This document shows, in pieces, positions 8,968 through 18,222 of a DNA stretch of 43,902 bases. Under the pieces are notes generated by a model. It saw nothing but the letters and a program-made list of their open reading frames with translations, made no database searches and was not told where the DNA came from. The DNA is from a bacterium (GTDB taxonomy: Bacteria; Arandabacterota; Arandabacteria; Arandabacterales; Arandabacteraceae), in the NCBI GenBank assembly GCA_025774115.1, contig JALGWN010000011.1, forward strand, positions 1 through 43,902, in the 5' to 3' direction. The stretch's first letter is position 1; every line of letters starts with the position of its first letter. Both the position numbers and the translations under genes were made by a program.

Positions 8968-10745
8968 CAGTAAAAGGCCGGGCTGTTCAGAAAGAGCGAG
9001 CTTCGATAGAGGAAACACGCACACCCCTCTCCAAGAACAGGCTCGGCACCATATTGGTAGAGGCAGGCGTAATTGCCGAGGAGGCCCTACCCGGCCTTCT
9101 CGCGAAGCAGCGCGGTTCGAATAAGAAGCTCGGCCAGGTGGCTATTGAAGAAGGTGTAGCCACGGAAGACCAGATTGTCGAGGGGCTGGCAAGACAGCTG
9201 AAGATCCCCTTCATCGGCTTGGATACTACCGTGGTCGATCCGGCCGTACTGGAGATAGTTTCCGAAGCGATGGCCCGCGAGCTCAGGATAATGCCCCTGT
9301 TCAAGGTGGAGAAGAACCTGACCGTGGCGATGGCGGATCCCACAGATTCCGAGGCGCTGAAAGAGATCAGATTCGTGACGGGTTGTGAGGTGGAGCCGGT
9401 TGTATCGAGGCCGCGCGAGATAATGCAGGCCATTGATACTTACTACGGCAAGAAGAGCACGGTCCTGGACACTATAGAAGGCATAACCACCGACGTATTG
9501 GATGTGGCGGAAGAGCATGATGAGACCGAGGAGATAATTCAGTCCGAGAAGCTCAGTCAGGAAGCTCCGGTCGTTAAGCTGGTGAACCTGATGATCGAGA
9601 GGGCCATTGTCAAACGGGCCAGCGACATCCATGCGGAGCCTCAGGAGAAGTCGCTGATAATCAGATATCGTATAGACGGTGTGCTCCATGAGGAAATCGT
9701 TATACCTCGCATGCTCAAGGCCGCCGTGCTTTCGAGGCTCAAGATCCTCGCCAAGATAAACATTGCGGAAAGGCGTCTGCCGCAGGACGGACGTTTCACC
9801 GTTCGTATGGAGGGCCGTAAGATCGATCTTCGTGTTTCCACGTTCCCCACGGTACACGGGGAGAAAGTGGTCATGAGGATACTCGAACGGACCGGCATGA
9901 GCATTGCCTTGGAAAGCCTTGGGATGAGCGACCAGATTCTCAGGAAGTTCCGTCAGATACTCACACTGAGCCATGGGATAATCCTGGTAACCGGTCCGAC
10001 AGGTAGCGGCAAAACCACCACGCTCTATGCCGCTCTGAATTGTATAAATGATAGTGAGAAGAACATCGTGACACTCGAAGACCCGGTGGAGAGCCATGTT
10101 CAGGGCGTGAACCAGGGGCACACCAATCCGATTGCCGGTTTTACTTTCGCAAGCGGGCTCCGTGCGATCCTCAGGCAGGATCCGGACATCATCATGGTTG
10201 GTGAGACGCGTGATGTGGAGACTGCCGAGATCGCCATACAGGCCGCACTCACCGGACATCTGGTTTTTACAACGGTCCATACCAACGATGCGATATCTAG
10301 TGTTATAAGGCTTGTCGATATGGGAATAGAGCCCTTCCTGGTGAGTTCCTCGGTAGCGGCCATGATAGCTCAAAGGCTTGTCAGGAGGGTGTGCCCTTCC
10401 TGTGCAGTCGAGACCCAGCCGCCCGAGATCATCATACCGGAAACCGGAGAGACCAGAAGGCTCCGGAAAGCTCTCAAGGCCCAGGGGTGTGACCGCTGCT
10501 CGGAAAACGGATACAAGGGAAGGGTCGGCCTCTACGAGTTGGTCGTCCTGAATGACGTCATGAGGAGGCTGATTGTGAAAGGGGGGACGGCCCCGGATCT
10601 TGTAGCGCAGGCGCGGAAGACAGGTTTCACGACTATGTTCGAGGACGGTCTCGATAAGGTGGAGCAGGGTCTTACCACCGTGGAAGAGGTGATGAGGGTC
10701 ACCCGAACCGTGCTCGACGAAGACATAATGGGTGTGAACGAGTAG
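8964..10745 (+). CDS. GspE/PilB-family assembly ATPase with N-terminal MshEN domain
   Basis: RLGTILVEAG...KLGQ (MshEN), ASDIH, ERRLPQDG, Walker A GPTGSGKTTT, LRQDPD, TGHLV, CxxC...CxxC. Confidence 0.92.
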   Translation: MTVKGRAVQKERASIEETRTPLSKNRLGTILVEAGVIAEEALPGLLAKQRGSNKKLGQVAIEEGVATEDQIVEGLARQLKIPFIGLDTTVVDPAVLEIVSEAMARELRIMPLFKVEKNLTVAMADPTDSEALKEIRFVTGCEVEPVVSRPREIMQAIDTYYGKKSTVLDTIEGITTDVLDVAEEHDETEEIIQSEKLSQEAPVVKLVNLMIERAIVKRASDIHAEPQEKSLIIRYRIDGVLHEEIVIPRMLKAAVLSRLKILAKINIAERRLPQDGRFTVRMEGRKIDLRVSTFPTVHGEKVVMRILERTGMSIALESLGMSDQILRKFRQILTLSHGIILVTGPTGSGKTTTLYAALNCINDSEKNIVTLEDPVESHVQGVNQGHTNPIAGFTFASGLRAILRQDPDIIMVGETRDVETAEIAIQAALTGHLVFTTVHTNDAISSVIRLVDMGIEPFLVSSSVAAMIAQRLVRRVCPSCAVETQPPEIIIPETGETRRLRKALKAQGCDRCSENGYKGRVGLYELVVLNDVMRRLIVKGGTAPDLVAQARKTGFTTMFEDGLDKVEQGLTTVEEVMRVTRTVLDEDIMGVNE

Positions 10746-10764
10746 CCCTAATAGAAAAAGAGGT

Positions 10765-10792
10765 TTCAGTGCGATCAGCAGGGTGCCGATGG
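10765..10792 (+). promoter_or_regulatory. Putative sigma28 promoter for STAS-csrA-flgM(-activator)
   Basis: TTCA-N16-GCCGATGG; the -35 match is weak. Confidence 0.4.
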
Positions 10793-10839
10793 ATAGATGA
10801 GGACATTCATGAGGGGTTTTGAGAAAGGGTGAGTGACTC

Positions 10840-11217
10840 TTGAAGATAACCACGGCAAATAGGGGGCGGACGGCGGTTGTTAAGATCTCCGGGAGGATTG
10901 ATGTTTATACGGCCAGCTCGGTCGGGGAGGCGATCCAATCGCTCATAGTGGATGGTGCATCGAACGTGATTGTCGATCTCACATCGGTCCCACGGGTGGA
11001 CAGCTCCGGTATGGGTACCCTGGTGGGTAATTCGAAGTCAATAACCTCGCTTGGGGGTGTCCTATGTCTGGTCGGTCCCTGCGAAGGTATTCGGAGGATG
11101 CTCGAGATAACCAATCTTGCCAAGTACTTCAGGATTCACACAGGAGTGGATGAGGCACTGGACGAGTTGGAGGCTTGCGCGGCCGGCCGGGCTCCGTCCT
11201 GGGCAGGAGGCAATTGA
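10840..11217 (+). CDS. STAS-domain anti-sigma factor antagonist
   Basis: SGRID, VIVDL, DSSGMG with the conserved phosphorylatable Ser. Confidence 0.88.
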   Translation: MKITTANRGRTAVVKISGRIDVYTASSVGEAIQSLIVDGASNVIVDLTSVPRVDSSGMGTLVGNSKSITSLGGVLCLVGPCEGIRRMLEITNLAKYFRIHTGVDEALDELEACAAGRAPSWAGGN

Positions 11218-11218
11218 G

Positions 11219-11479
11219 TTGCTTATTCTCACACGGAAACGCAATGAGCGGATCATGATCGGCGACAGCATTGAGGTCGTAATTGTCGACATACGAGGCG
11301 AGCAGGTACAGTTGGGCATAAACGCCCCCAAAGATGTGCCCGTGCATCGCAGAGAAGTGTATGAAGCAATAGTCAGGGAGAACGGACGTGTGCTGCCCAA
11401 GACCCCCCGTCGGGAGCGGATGAATTCCGTCAAGAAGCATAGGAATAACGGAGACCCCGGCGACAATGAGCAAGGGTAG
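11219..11479 (+). CDS. csrA: Carbon storage regulator / translational regulator CsrA
   Basis: TTG start at 11219 after AGGAGG; [20 protein letters not shown]...[18 protein letters not shown]. Confidence 0.93.
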   Translation: MLILTRKRNERIMIGDSIEVVIVDIRGEQVQLGINAPKDVPVHRREVYEAIVRENGRVLPKTPRRERMNSVKKHRNNGDPGDNEQG

Positions 11480-11696
11480 AGACATGAACGGACCAAGCCC
11501 CCTGCCTGAGGACTTGCGGGGCCGGTGCAGGCAGATTGCCCAAGAGATCCACGAACACTGTGGAGCAGTCAGGGACGACAAGATCCTGGCCGCACGAGTT
11601 CGCATCTGCAGCGGCTATTACGACTCGGAGGATGTGCTGCATGTCATAGCGGATCGCCTGCTCTCCGAGGGACACACCCGACCTCCTTCTTCCTAG
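11466..11696 (+). CDS. FlgM-like anti-sigma28 factor (short)
   Basis: [19 protein letters not shown]...IADRLL resembles the FlgM sigma-binding C-terminus; lies near fliA and overlaps csrA. Confidence 0.6.
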   Translation: MSKGRDMNGPSPLPEDLRGRCRQIAQEIHEHCGAVRDDKILAARVRICSGYYDSEDVLHVIADRLLSEGHTRPPSS

Positions 11697-13172
11697 TTGA
11701 CTTCCCCAACCATAACCAATAGTATGGCCTCTGATGATTCTAATGGACTTCCGGCCGGTATCGAAATGACAAAAAAGCAGACTGCCGTCTTTAAGATCGT
11801 TCTCACAGGGCTTGATAAGGATCCCAGGGCTCTCTTGGCACGATCGCTGAGGGGTTTGGGGCATGAGATCTCCGAGAACCTTGCGCTCGAGGAAGCCTTA
11901 AAGCTGCTGGGCCGCACCTCCTACGACCTTCTAGTAGTCGACATAGACAGACTGGAAATGGACCTTTCGGACCTGCTCAAGACCTGCAAGCGCACCAGCA
12001 AGGAGGCTGCCATTGTGCTTGTGGGAAGCGGCATCGAGGTTGAGACGGCCTTCGAAGCAGCCAGGTTGGGGGCATACAAATGCCTCAGCAAACCGATAGA
12101 ACTCGAGCGCATGCTGGATGTGGTCGACAGGGCCCTTGACGGGGCGAGACTGAGGCGTGAAGCCGGATCTGTCCGCCAGATAGTCGTGGGCTATCGCCAG
12201 GCGGACCGCTTCGTTGTGGGCAAAAGCGACCTGATGCAGAAGATTGCCGAGGTCATAGAGAAGGTCTCGGCCAGCGGGGCCTCGACCGTGCTGATCCAGG
12301 GAGATAGCGGAACCGGGAAGGAACTCGTCGCCAAGGCCATTCATTTCCTGGGTGACACCATGGACAGACCCTTCATGGAGATAAATTGCTCGTCTCTGCC
12401 GGAAAACCTTCTGGAGAGTGAGCTCTTCGGCTATGAAAAAGGCGCCTTCACTGACGCAAAGAAGAGCAAACAGGGTCTCGTGGAACTCGCAGAAGGCGGA
12501 ACTCTCTTTCTTGATGAGATAGGAGAGATGCCGCTTAGTCTCCAGAGCAAGCTCCTGAGATTGATAGAGACCAAGAGATTCCGCAGGATCGGGGGTGTAA
12601 AGGACATTGAGGTTTCCACCAGGATAATGGCGGCCACCAATCGTGATCTGCGCAAGGCGAAGGACCAGGGGAAATTCCGTGATGACCTCTACTTTCGGCT
12701 TATGGTAATTCCGATTTATGTCCCAGCTTTGCGAGAGCGTAAGGAGGACATCCCAATCCTGGCGAGCTTCTTCATAGATTACTTCAACCAGGAGCTCAAC
12801 CGGTCGGTCCGGGGTTTGTCCAGGGAGGCCCAGGAGGTGACTATGGAGTATGACTGGCCGGGCAATGTGAGGGAGCTCAGAAACGTGATCGAACGGGCGA
12901 TCCTGCTGGAGAGCAAAGACCTCATATTGCCGGAGCATCTGCCCAGCGACCTCCAGAGGGGCAGGGCCGCGCACGGCTCTATTCCGGGCTCAAGTCGGGC
13001 GGAGGGTGTGCCGATCAGCCTTAAGGAGGCCGAGAGGCGGGCCGTTGCCGAGGCTCTCAGCTGGGCGGGCGGGAATAAGAGCAAAGCAGCCCGTGCGCTC
13101 GGCATTACAAGACAGACGCTCAGGCAGAAACTCAAGGCCTACGGGATGGTCAATAAGTATCCACCCGGCTAA
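11697..13172 (+). CDS. Sigma54-dependent activator (NtrC family) with atypical receiver domain
   Basis: GDSGTGKE, ESELFG, GAFTDA, LFLDEIGE, WPGNVREL, Fis-type HTH. True start may be ATG 11724 or 11766. Confidence 0.9.
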   Translation: MTSPTITNSMASDDSNGLPAGIEMTKKQTAVFKIVLTGLDKDPRALLARSLRGLGHEISENLALEEALKLLGRTSYDLLVVDIDRLEMDLSDLLKTCKRTSKEAAIVLVGSGIEVETAFEAARLGAYKCLSKPIELERMLDVVDRALDGARLRREAGSVRQIVVGYRQADRFVVGKSDLMQKIAEVIEKVSASGASTVLIQGDSGTGKELVAKAIHFLGDTMDRPFMEINCSSLPENLLESELFGYEKGAFTDAKKSKQGLVELAEGGTLFLDEIGEMPLSLQSKLLRLIETKRFRRIGGVKDIEVSTRIMAATNRDLRKAKDQGKFRDDLYFRLMVIPIYVPALRERKEDIPILASFFIDYFNQELNRSVRGLSREAQEVTMEYDWPGNVRELRNVIERAILLESKDLILPEHLPSDLQRGRAAHGSIPGSSRAEGVPISLKEAERRAVAEALSWAGGNKSKAARALGITRQTLRQKLKAYGMVNKYPPG

Positions 13173-13327
13173 TTATCTACCATTTCTTATTCCACGCTTG
13201 TTTTCAGGCTCAGTTTTGCATGTTTGAAGCTCCCTTTGGCGTTTTGAGACTTGACCAAGGGCCGATCTGGAGCCTGCTCTGGTTAAGTCGGTTGCGGCCT
13301 CTTATGCTACCAATGACGATTCCGGGG

Positions 13328-13344
13328 TGGTGAGAATTTTACCA
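13328..13344. promoter_or_regulatory. Candidate enhancer (UAS) palindrome upstream of the sigma54 promoter
   Basis: TGGTGAGAATTTTACCA inverted repeat about 190 bp upstream of the -24/-12 element. Confidence 0.35.
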
Positions 13345-13377
13345 GCTCTATTCATGTCAAGAGAAAGTTTGGAAAGG

Positions 13378-13390
13378 TAACCGATTGATA
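13378..13390. promoter_or_regulatory. IHF-binding consensus site
   Basis: TAACCGATTGATA matches TAA-N4-TTGATW, between the candidate UAS and the promoter. Confidence 0.55.
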
Positions 13391-13531
13391 CTTAAGAGGT
13401 TATGCTTGCCATTCCTTGTCAAGCCGGCCGACTCGGCTTCCAATGTGCCTGATTTCAGATCAAAAGGTTTTAAGTATTTGTGATTAAATCAGTTAAGCGG
13501 CCATTATCCGATATTACCACTTCTAATATCC

Positions 13532-13547
13532 AGGCACAGAGGTTGCA
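13532..13547 (+). promoter_or_regulatory. Sigma54 -24/-12 promoter of fliA
   Basis: AGGCACAGAGGTTGCA (GG-N10-GC), about 60 bp before the start codon, in an AT-rich intergenic region. Confidence 0.7.
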
Positions 13548-13608
13548 ATGACGTCTATCCGGTCTGCTTAGTTATGGGTCACTGGACGACAGCAAGGATG
13601 GTGAGAAG

Positions 13609-14493
13609 ATGAACAGGACATGCGTAGGTCTTTCTCCTGAGACGATTGATGAGCTGTGGGCCGCTTTTCAGGAGACAGAATCAGCGACCGTAAGGGGTAA
13701 GCTGATCCAGAACTATCTATACCTGGTGAGGTATGTGGCCGGCAAGATGGCGATGTCGGTGCCTCCGTCGGTGGAGATAGACGACCTGGTGAGTGCGGGG
13801 GTGGTTGGGTTGATGGACGCGGTCGGAAAGTTTGACCCGGGCCGCGATACCAAGTTCGAGACATACGCGGTGGCTCGAATCAGAGGTGCCATAGTGGACG
13901 ACCTGAGGTCTCTTGACTGGGTACCCCGGTCGGTCAGGCGGAAGGCGAGGATGGTGGAGGAAGCGTACTCGCGCCTGGAGAACGAACTGGGCAGGGCGGC
14001 GGATGACGAGGAGATCTCGAAGAAGCTGAATATGTCGGTCAGTGCGTTCAAGTCGATCGTTGATGAGATTATCTCAGCCGGGTTGCTGTCACTGGATGAT
14101 TTTGTCGGCAGCCAGGACGGAGAAAGGACGACCAGAATAATCGACCTGGTCTGCTCCAAAGAAGGAGGGTCGCCCTCTACCTCCCTGGAAATAGAGGAGA
14201 TGAGAGAGATTCTGGCTGAGGCGATCATGAACCTTCCGGAGAAGGAAAGAACTGTGGTGGCCCTTTACTACTATGAAGATATGACTCTCAAGGAGATTGG
14301 GAGAACCCTTGGTGTCTCCGAGTCGCGAGTCTCCCAGATTCACACCAAAGCCATGCTTAGGTTGCGGGGAAGATTGAGATTATTGCAGGATTCACTGCTC
14401 TCGGCCTTTTCCGAACGGGGCACGGCCGATCCGGATGCTCCCGCGTCGGTGGCAAACGAGATGATCGCGTGTGAACTAGTTTCAACCCACTAA
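13609..14493 (+). CDS. fliA: RNA polymerase sigma factor, FliA/WhiG (sigma28) family
   Basis: DDLVSAGVVGLMDAV, KFETYA, RIRGAIVDDLRSLDWVPRSVR, LYYYEDMTLKEIG, VSESRVSQIH. Confidence 0.93.
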   Translation: MNRTCVGLSPETIDELWAAFQETESATVRGKLIQNYLYLVRYVAGKMAMSVPPSVEIDDLVSAGVVGLMDAVGKFDPGRDTKFETYAVARIRGAIVDDLRSLDWVPRSVRRKARMVEEAYSRLENELGRAADDEEISKKLNMSVSAFKSIVDEIISAGLLSLDDFVGSQDGERTTRIIDLVCSKEGGSPSTSLEIEEMREILAEAIMNLPEKERTVVALYYYEDMTLKEIGRTLGVSESRVSQIHTKAMLRLRGRLRLLQDSLLSAFSERGTADPDAPASVANEMIACELVSTH

Positions 14494-14511
14494 GACTCCA
14501 AGGAGAGCACT

Positions 14512-15732
14512 GTGATACCAGACAAGAGATCATCTGAAATGGGGTCCACTGCTGTGCTGGAGAAGGGAATGCCCTCGGCCGGGGAATCCGCCGAGCAGCG
14601 TCTCATTCTTATCATCGACGACGAGGAATCCGTTGTCGACGCTCTTGCCGAGTTCTTTTCCATGCGCGGCTACGAAGTAGAGACTTCAGTAACGGCCCGG
14701 CAGGCCCTCGGGCTGATACACGAGAAGAACTTCGGAATAGTCATATGTGATCTGCGCCTTCCGGGCATGAACGGTGTGGATCTGCTGGACCACGTGGCAG
14801 AGGCCAATCCGGAAACCGTATTCATCATCATGACAGGCTACGCGAGTGTGCAGTCGGCCGTCGAGGCCATGAAGAAAGGTGCCTATGATTATGTCGTGAA
14901 ACCTTTCTCGATGTACGAGCTGGAAAAGACGGTCCGCTTGGGATTGGAGAAGCAGAAGCTGGCGCGGGAAAACCTGGAGCTTTCCCACCTGATGAGAAAA
15001 CTCATTGAAATCGACCAGATCAAGTCAAACATAATCAGCACCGTGTCGCATGAATTCCGAACACCCTTGATGTCGTTAAGAGGCTACCTCACCATGCTCA
15101 CCAGTTTTCTGGACAAAGGTGAGCATCTTGGACAGAACGAGAGTAAGTGGCTGGGGGGGATGAAAGACAACCTTGGAAGGCTGGAGATGCTCATACTGAA
15201 CCTCCTGCTAATGACCGAGGCCAATGCCGGCGAGCTGCTGATAGCAGACGAGAGCGTGGATATCTCCGAGGTGATTAGAGAATCCATGGACAGGGTCGGT
15301 CCCATGACCAAAGCCAAGGATATCAGTATCGATTTCGTAGAGGGGAACAAGGGCTGGATCAAGGGAGATACGGAGAAACTGAGCGTGGCTGTTACCAACC
15401 TGATAGAAAACGCGGTAAAATTCAATCTTGAATCGGGAAGGATAGAAATCGGGGTCTCCGAGACAGTGGACCCTGACGGCTTCAGGGTATCCATCCTCGA
15501 TACCGGCATAGGGATCCCTGACGACAAGATCAACAGTATCTTCAATTCATTTACCCAGGCCGACATGACCCACACCCGGAGATTCGCAGGCGTCGGTCTT
15601 GGGCTTTCGGTGGCCAAAGCCATCGTCGAAGCGCACGGTGGGAGTATCGATGTCATCAGCAAGCCCGGTCAGGGCAGCACGTTCTTCGTCTGGCTACCTC
15701 GGAGGAATGGGGGAGATCATGGGACGGACTGA
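14512..15732 (+). CDS. Hybrid response regulator-histidine kinase (REC-HisKA-HATPase), cytoplasmic
   Basis: IIDDE...CDLRLPG...KP, SHEFRTPL, NLIENAVKF, DTGIGI, GLGLS. Confidence 0.92.
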   Translation: MIPDKRSSEMGSTAVLEKGMPSAGESAEQRLILIIDDEESVVDALAEFFSMRGYEVETSVTARQALGLIHEKNFGIVICDLRLPGMNGVDLLDHVAEANPETVFIIMTGYASVQSAVEAMKKGAYDYVVKPFSMYELEKTVRLGLEKQKLARENLELSHLMRKLIEIDQIKSNIISTVSHEFRTPLMSLRGYLTMLTSFLDKGEHLGQNESKWLGGMKDNLGRLEMLILNLLLMTEANAGELLIADESVDISEVIRESMDRVGPMTKAKDISIDFVEGNKGWIKGDTEKLSVAVTNLIENAVKFNLESGRIEIGVSETVDPDGFRVSILDTGIGIPDDKINSIFNSFTQADMTHTRRFAGVGLGLSVAKAIVEAHGGSIDVISKPGQGSTFFVWLPRRNGGDHGTD

Positions 15733-16534
15733 GCAAGGACTCAATGACGACAAGTCAACGGTGCGGATTGCGATCGTCGATGACGACGATGATATCGTCG
15801 ATGTTCTGGGTGAGGTGCTGCGCCGGTCCGGATATACGCCGGATCTCTACACCAGTCCTCGAGATGCCGCCCTGGCTTCGACGTCTCAGGAATACGATGT
15901 CATAATCTCAGATCTCGCAATGCCCGGCATCAGCGGCATAGACCTTCTCACACAGGTCAAGGACGCTTTTCCCCTGACCCAATTCATCATGATCACCGGG
16001 TACGCAAGTGTGAAGTCCGCCGCGGAAGCTATGCACAAAGGCGCCAATTCATATCTGACGAAACCCCTGACCTCGACCCAGATTCTGGCCCATCTTGCGA
16101 ACGCTATCGAGAAACGGATGCTGGCTCTCGAGAACGAACGCTTGGTGTTCGAGCTCACCACCGCCAACGAGCAGCTGGAAAACAAGGTGCAGGAACTGGA
16201 GCACACCAACCAGCTTCTCAAGCAAACCCAACAGGAGCTGGTGAAGGTGGAGAGAGTTGCCGCCATCGGCGAGGTGGTGGTCAGCATAAACCACTGCATA
16301 AACAACAGCATCTCGGGAATAGAGGTTGCGGTCCGGTTCGTAAGGGGTGCGGCTGACATCACGGATGAAGCCACCGATGCTCTGGATAAGATAGACGCCG
16401 AATGCAAAGAGATCGAGGCCGTCATGGGCAGGTTGAAGATGCTCAAGAAGGCCTCAACTTCGGACTATGTCGATGGCATAAAGATGATCAATCTCAAGGA
16501 AGAGGAAGTAGATGCGACGATATGGCCTCACTGA
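15719..16534 (+). CDS. Response regulator with coiled coil and HisKA-like tail lacking HATPase
   Basis: ATG 15719 after GGGGAG; IVDDD...SDLAMPG...ITGYA...KP; ERVAAIGE...NHCINN. Confidence 0.85.
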   Translation: MGRTEQGLNDDKSTVRIAIVDDDDDIVDVLGEVLRRSGYTPDLYTSPRDAALASTSQEYDVIISDLAMPGISGIDLLTQVKDAFPLTQFIMITGYASVKSAAEAMHKGANSYLTKPLTSTQILAHLANAIEKRMLALENERLVFELTTANEQLENKVQELEHTNQLLKQTQQELVKVERVAAIGEVVVSINHCINNSISGIEVAVRFVRGAADITDEATDALDKIDAECKEIEAVMGRLKMLKKASTSDYVDGIKMINLKEEEVDATIWPH

Positions 16535-17036
16535 GAAGCTCGGACAACAGGCCCTCGATCTGCACCGGAGCCGCCTTATCTGCAGATTGCTGCGCAAGGA
16601 AGGACTGCTATCCGACAATACCGGTCTTGTGTCGCGGCTTGCGGATCGCCTCCTCAAAAGCTACTTGTACCGCGCATTGAATCAAGATTGACCCACATTT
16701 GACAGGCCGCCATATGTGACTTTGTTTGCGCGGCGTGGTGCCACGTCGAAGCCCCTGGGCGAAGACGGGCAACCAAACCTAAGAGCACGCCAGCTTCCCA
16801 GCACCTGAAGCGGCCACCTTGTCCCTTCTCGTTCCCCCGTAACGTGCTCAAAACAGTTGACCTGGCCACCCAATCTGTGGTAAACTAGTAGTGCTCGGGA
16901 CTCAGGGAACGTCTTTTGAGCGATGCCGAAAAGGCGGGATTACCCGCAACGCCTTGGTATCTAAGCAGATGACCGGGCTGCCGAAGATCGCTCTGATCTT
17001 TGGTGGCCCTATTTTATTTAGGAGGGCGGTGGCCTT

Positions 17037-17993
17037 TTGGGACGGACGTTTCTGATATCTTTTTGCATTCTGCTGGGTTTCTTGGCACTGGGACGGTCCA
17101 GCGATGCGGACGTCGCTACAGTCGGCGGTGTCAAGGTGGTTTCGGGTACGGATGTGGACGTCTATCTCGAAACCAGAGGCGGTGTCACCTACATCTCTTT
17201 GCCCGGTACCTGGCGGTGGCCGCTGACGGGATCGGCGGAGGACTACTGTGCCATGCCGGCGGCCCGGGTGGAGGAGGCGATTCGGGCGATCGAGTATCCG
17301 ATCCGGGACCTGGAGATTCAGGTAGTCATCCTGCCGGTACCCAGGCGCCATTTTTCTGAGTCGTCCGCCGAGGGCCGAGTGGTGTTTCTCTCCCCCGGGA
17401 GAGTCGAGTATCCGGACCAACACATCCACTACATCGTGGCCCACGAGATAGGTCACGTAGTGCAACACCTGCTTATGCCTGAGTCCCGCATGGACCTTTG
17501 GGAGCGTTTTGCGGCCCTCAGGGGCCTGGACTTAGAGGACAGAGGTACCTCTATCGATCACGCTTGCAGGCCGGCTGAGATATTCGCGGAGGATTTCCGG
17601 GTTCTTTTCGGAGGCGAGCTGGCCCGTTGCGGAGGAAACGTCGAAAACCATGATCTTGAAGAGCCTGAAGGGATTCAGGGTCTTAAGGAATTTATGCTGT
17701 CTCTGGTCGGTGAGTGGGAAACCCGCGTCAGGATCAGTGCCTACCCCAATCCTTTCAGCTCCGACATAGTGTTTGAAACCTTCAGTCTCGGTGGGGAGAA
17801 TCGGCCTCTTGAGGTTAGCGTTTTCGACGCCCTGGGTCGGAAGCTCCGGGATCTTGCCCCACCGCCGGGCGGGTCGGTTTATGTGGTCTGGGACGGGAGG
17901 GATGAAGGCGGTCGGATCGTGGCTCCCGGGGTCTATTTCGCCTACATCTGGGCAGGAGAGCATCTCCGTATCCGCAAGTTGATCAAGCGATAG
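17037..17993 (+). CDS. Secreted zincin-like metallopeptidase with C-terminal FlgD-Ig / sorting-type domain
   Basis: Signal peptide, AHEIGH, EIFAEDF, tail AYPNPF...FDALGR...VVWDGRDEGGRIVAPGVYF. Confidence 0.75.
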   Translation: MGRTFLISFCILLGFLALGRSSDADVATVGGVKVVSGTDVDVYLETRGGVTYISLPGTWRWPLTGSAEDYCAMPAARVEEAIRAIEYPIRDLEIQVVILPVPRRHFSESSAEGRVVFLSPGRVEYPDQHIHYIVAHEIGHVVQHLLMPESRMDLWERFAALRGLDLEDRGTSIDHACRPAEIFAEDFRVLFGGELARCGGNVENHDLEEPEGIQGLKEFMLSLVGEWETRVRISAYPNPFSSDIVFETFSLGGENRPLEVSVFDALGRKLRDLAPPPGGSVYVVWDGRDEGGRIVAPGVYFAYIWAGEHLRIRKLIKR

Positions 17994-18144
17994 CAATCAT
18001 ACGAAGCCCCTTGCACAGTGCATGGCGGGATTGCAACCTGCACACAGCCGCGACCCCATCGGGGTGACAGGCAGCGTATCTGACGAAAGCATATCCTAAG
18101 CCCACGTAGGACAAGGGCTTACGCGCCTCTGCCTACTGGCTTGG

Positions 18145-18160
18145 TGGTATGCTTCTTGCA
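18145..18160 (+). promoter_or_regulatory. Sigma54 -24/-12 promoter of the FN3 lipoprotein gene
   Basis: TGGTATGCTTCTTGCA (GG-N10-GC); TGCA-rich dyads at about 18011-18042. Confidence 0.65.
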
Positions 18161-18222
18161 AAACCACTTACTCCGGACATTAGAATAGGTTGTAGCAGCG
18201 ACTAACATCAGGATCCGGGGAG

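Noticed and set aside
9087-10853. 588-aa antisense ORF
   Set aside because: Shadow of the well-supported PilB/GspE gene, with no motifs. The same applies to 11931-12974, 25290-26150, 31523-32755, 34320-35459 and 253-1098.
13485-13514. TAAA...TCCGATAT as an autoregulatory sigma28 promoter of fliA
   Set aside because: Spacer is 18 nt, inconsistent with the other four sites.
16745-16800. Possible c-di-GMP-I riboswitch
   Set aside because: Lacks the GGCAAAC/GAAA tetraloop/GCAAAG arrangement.
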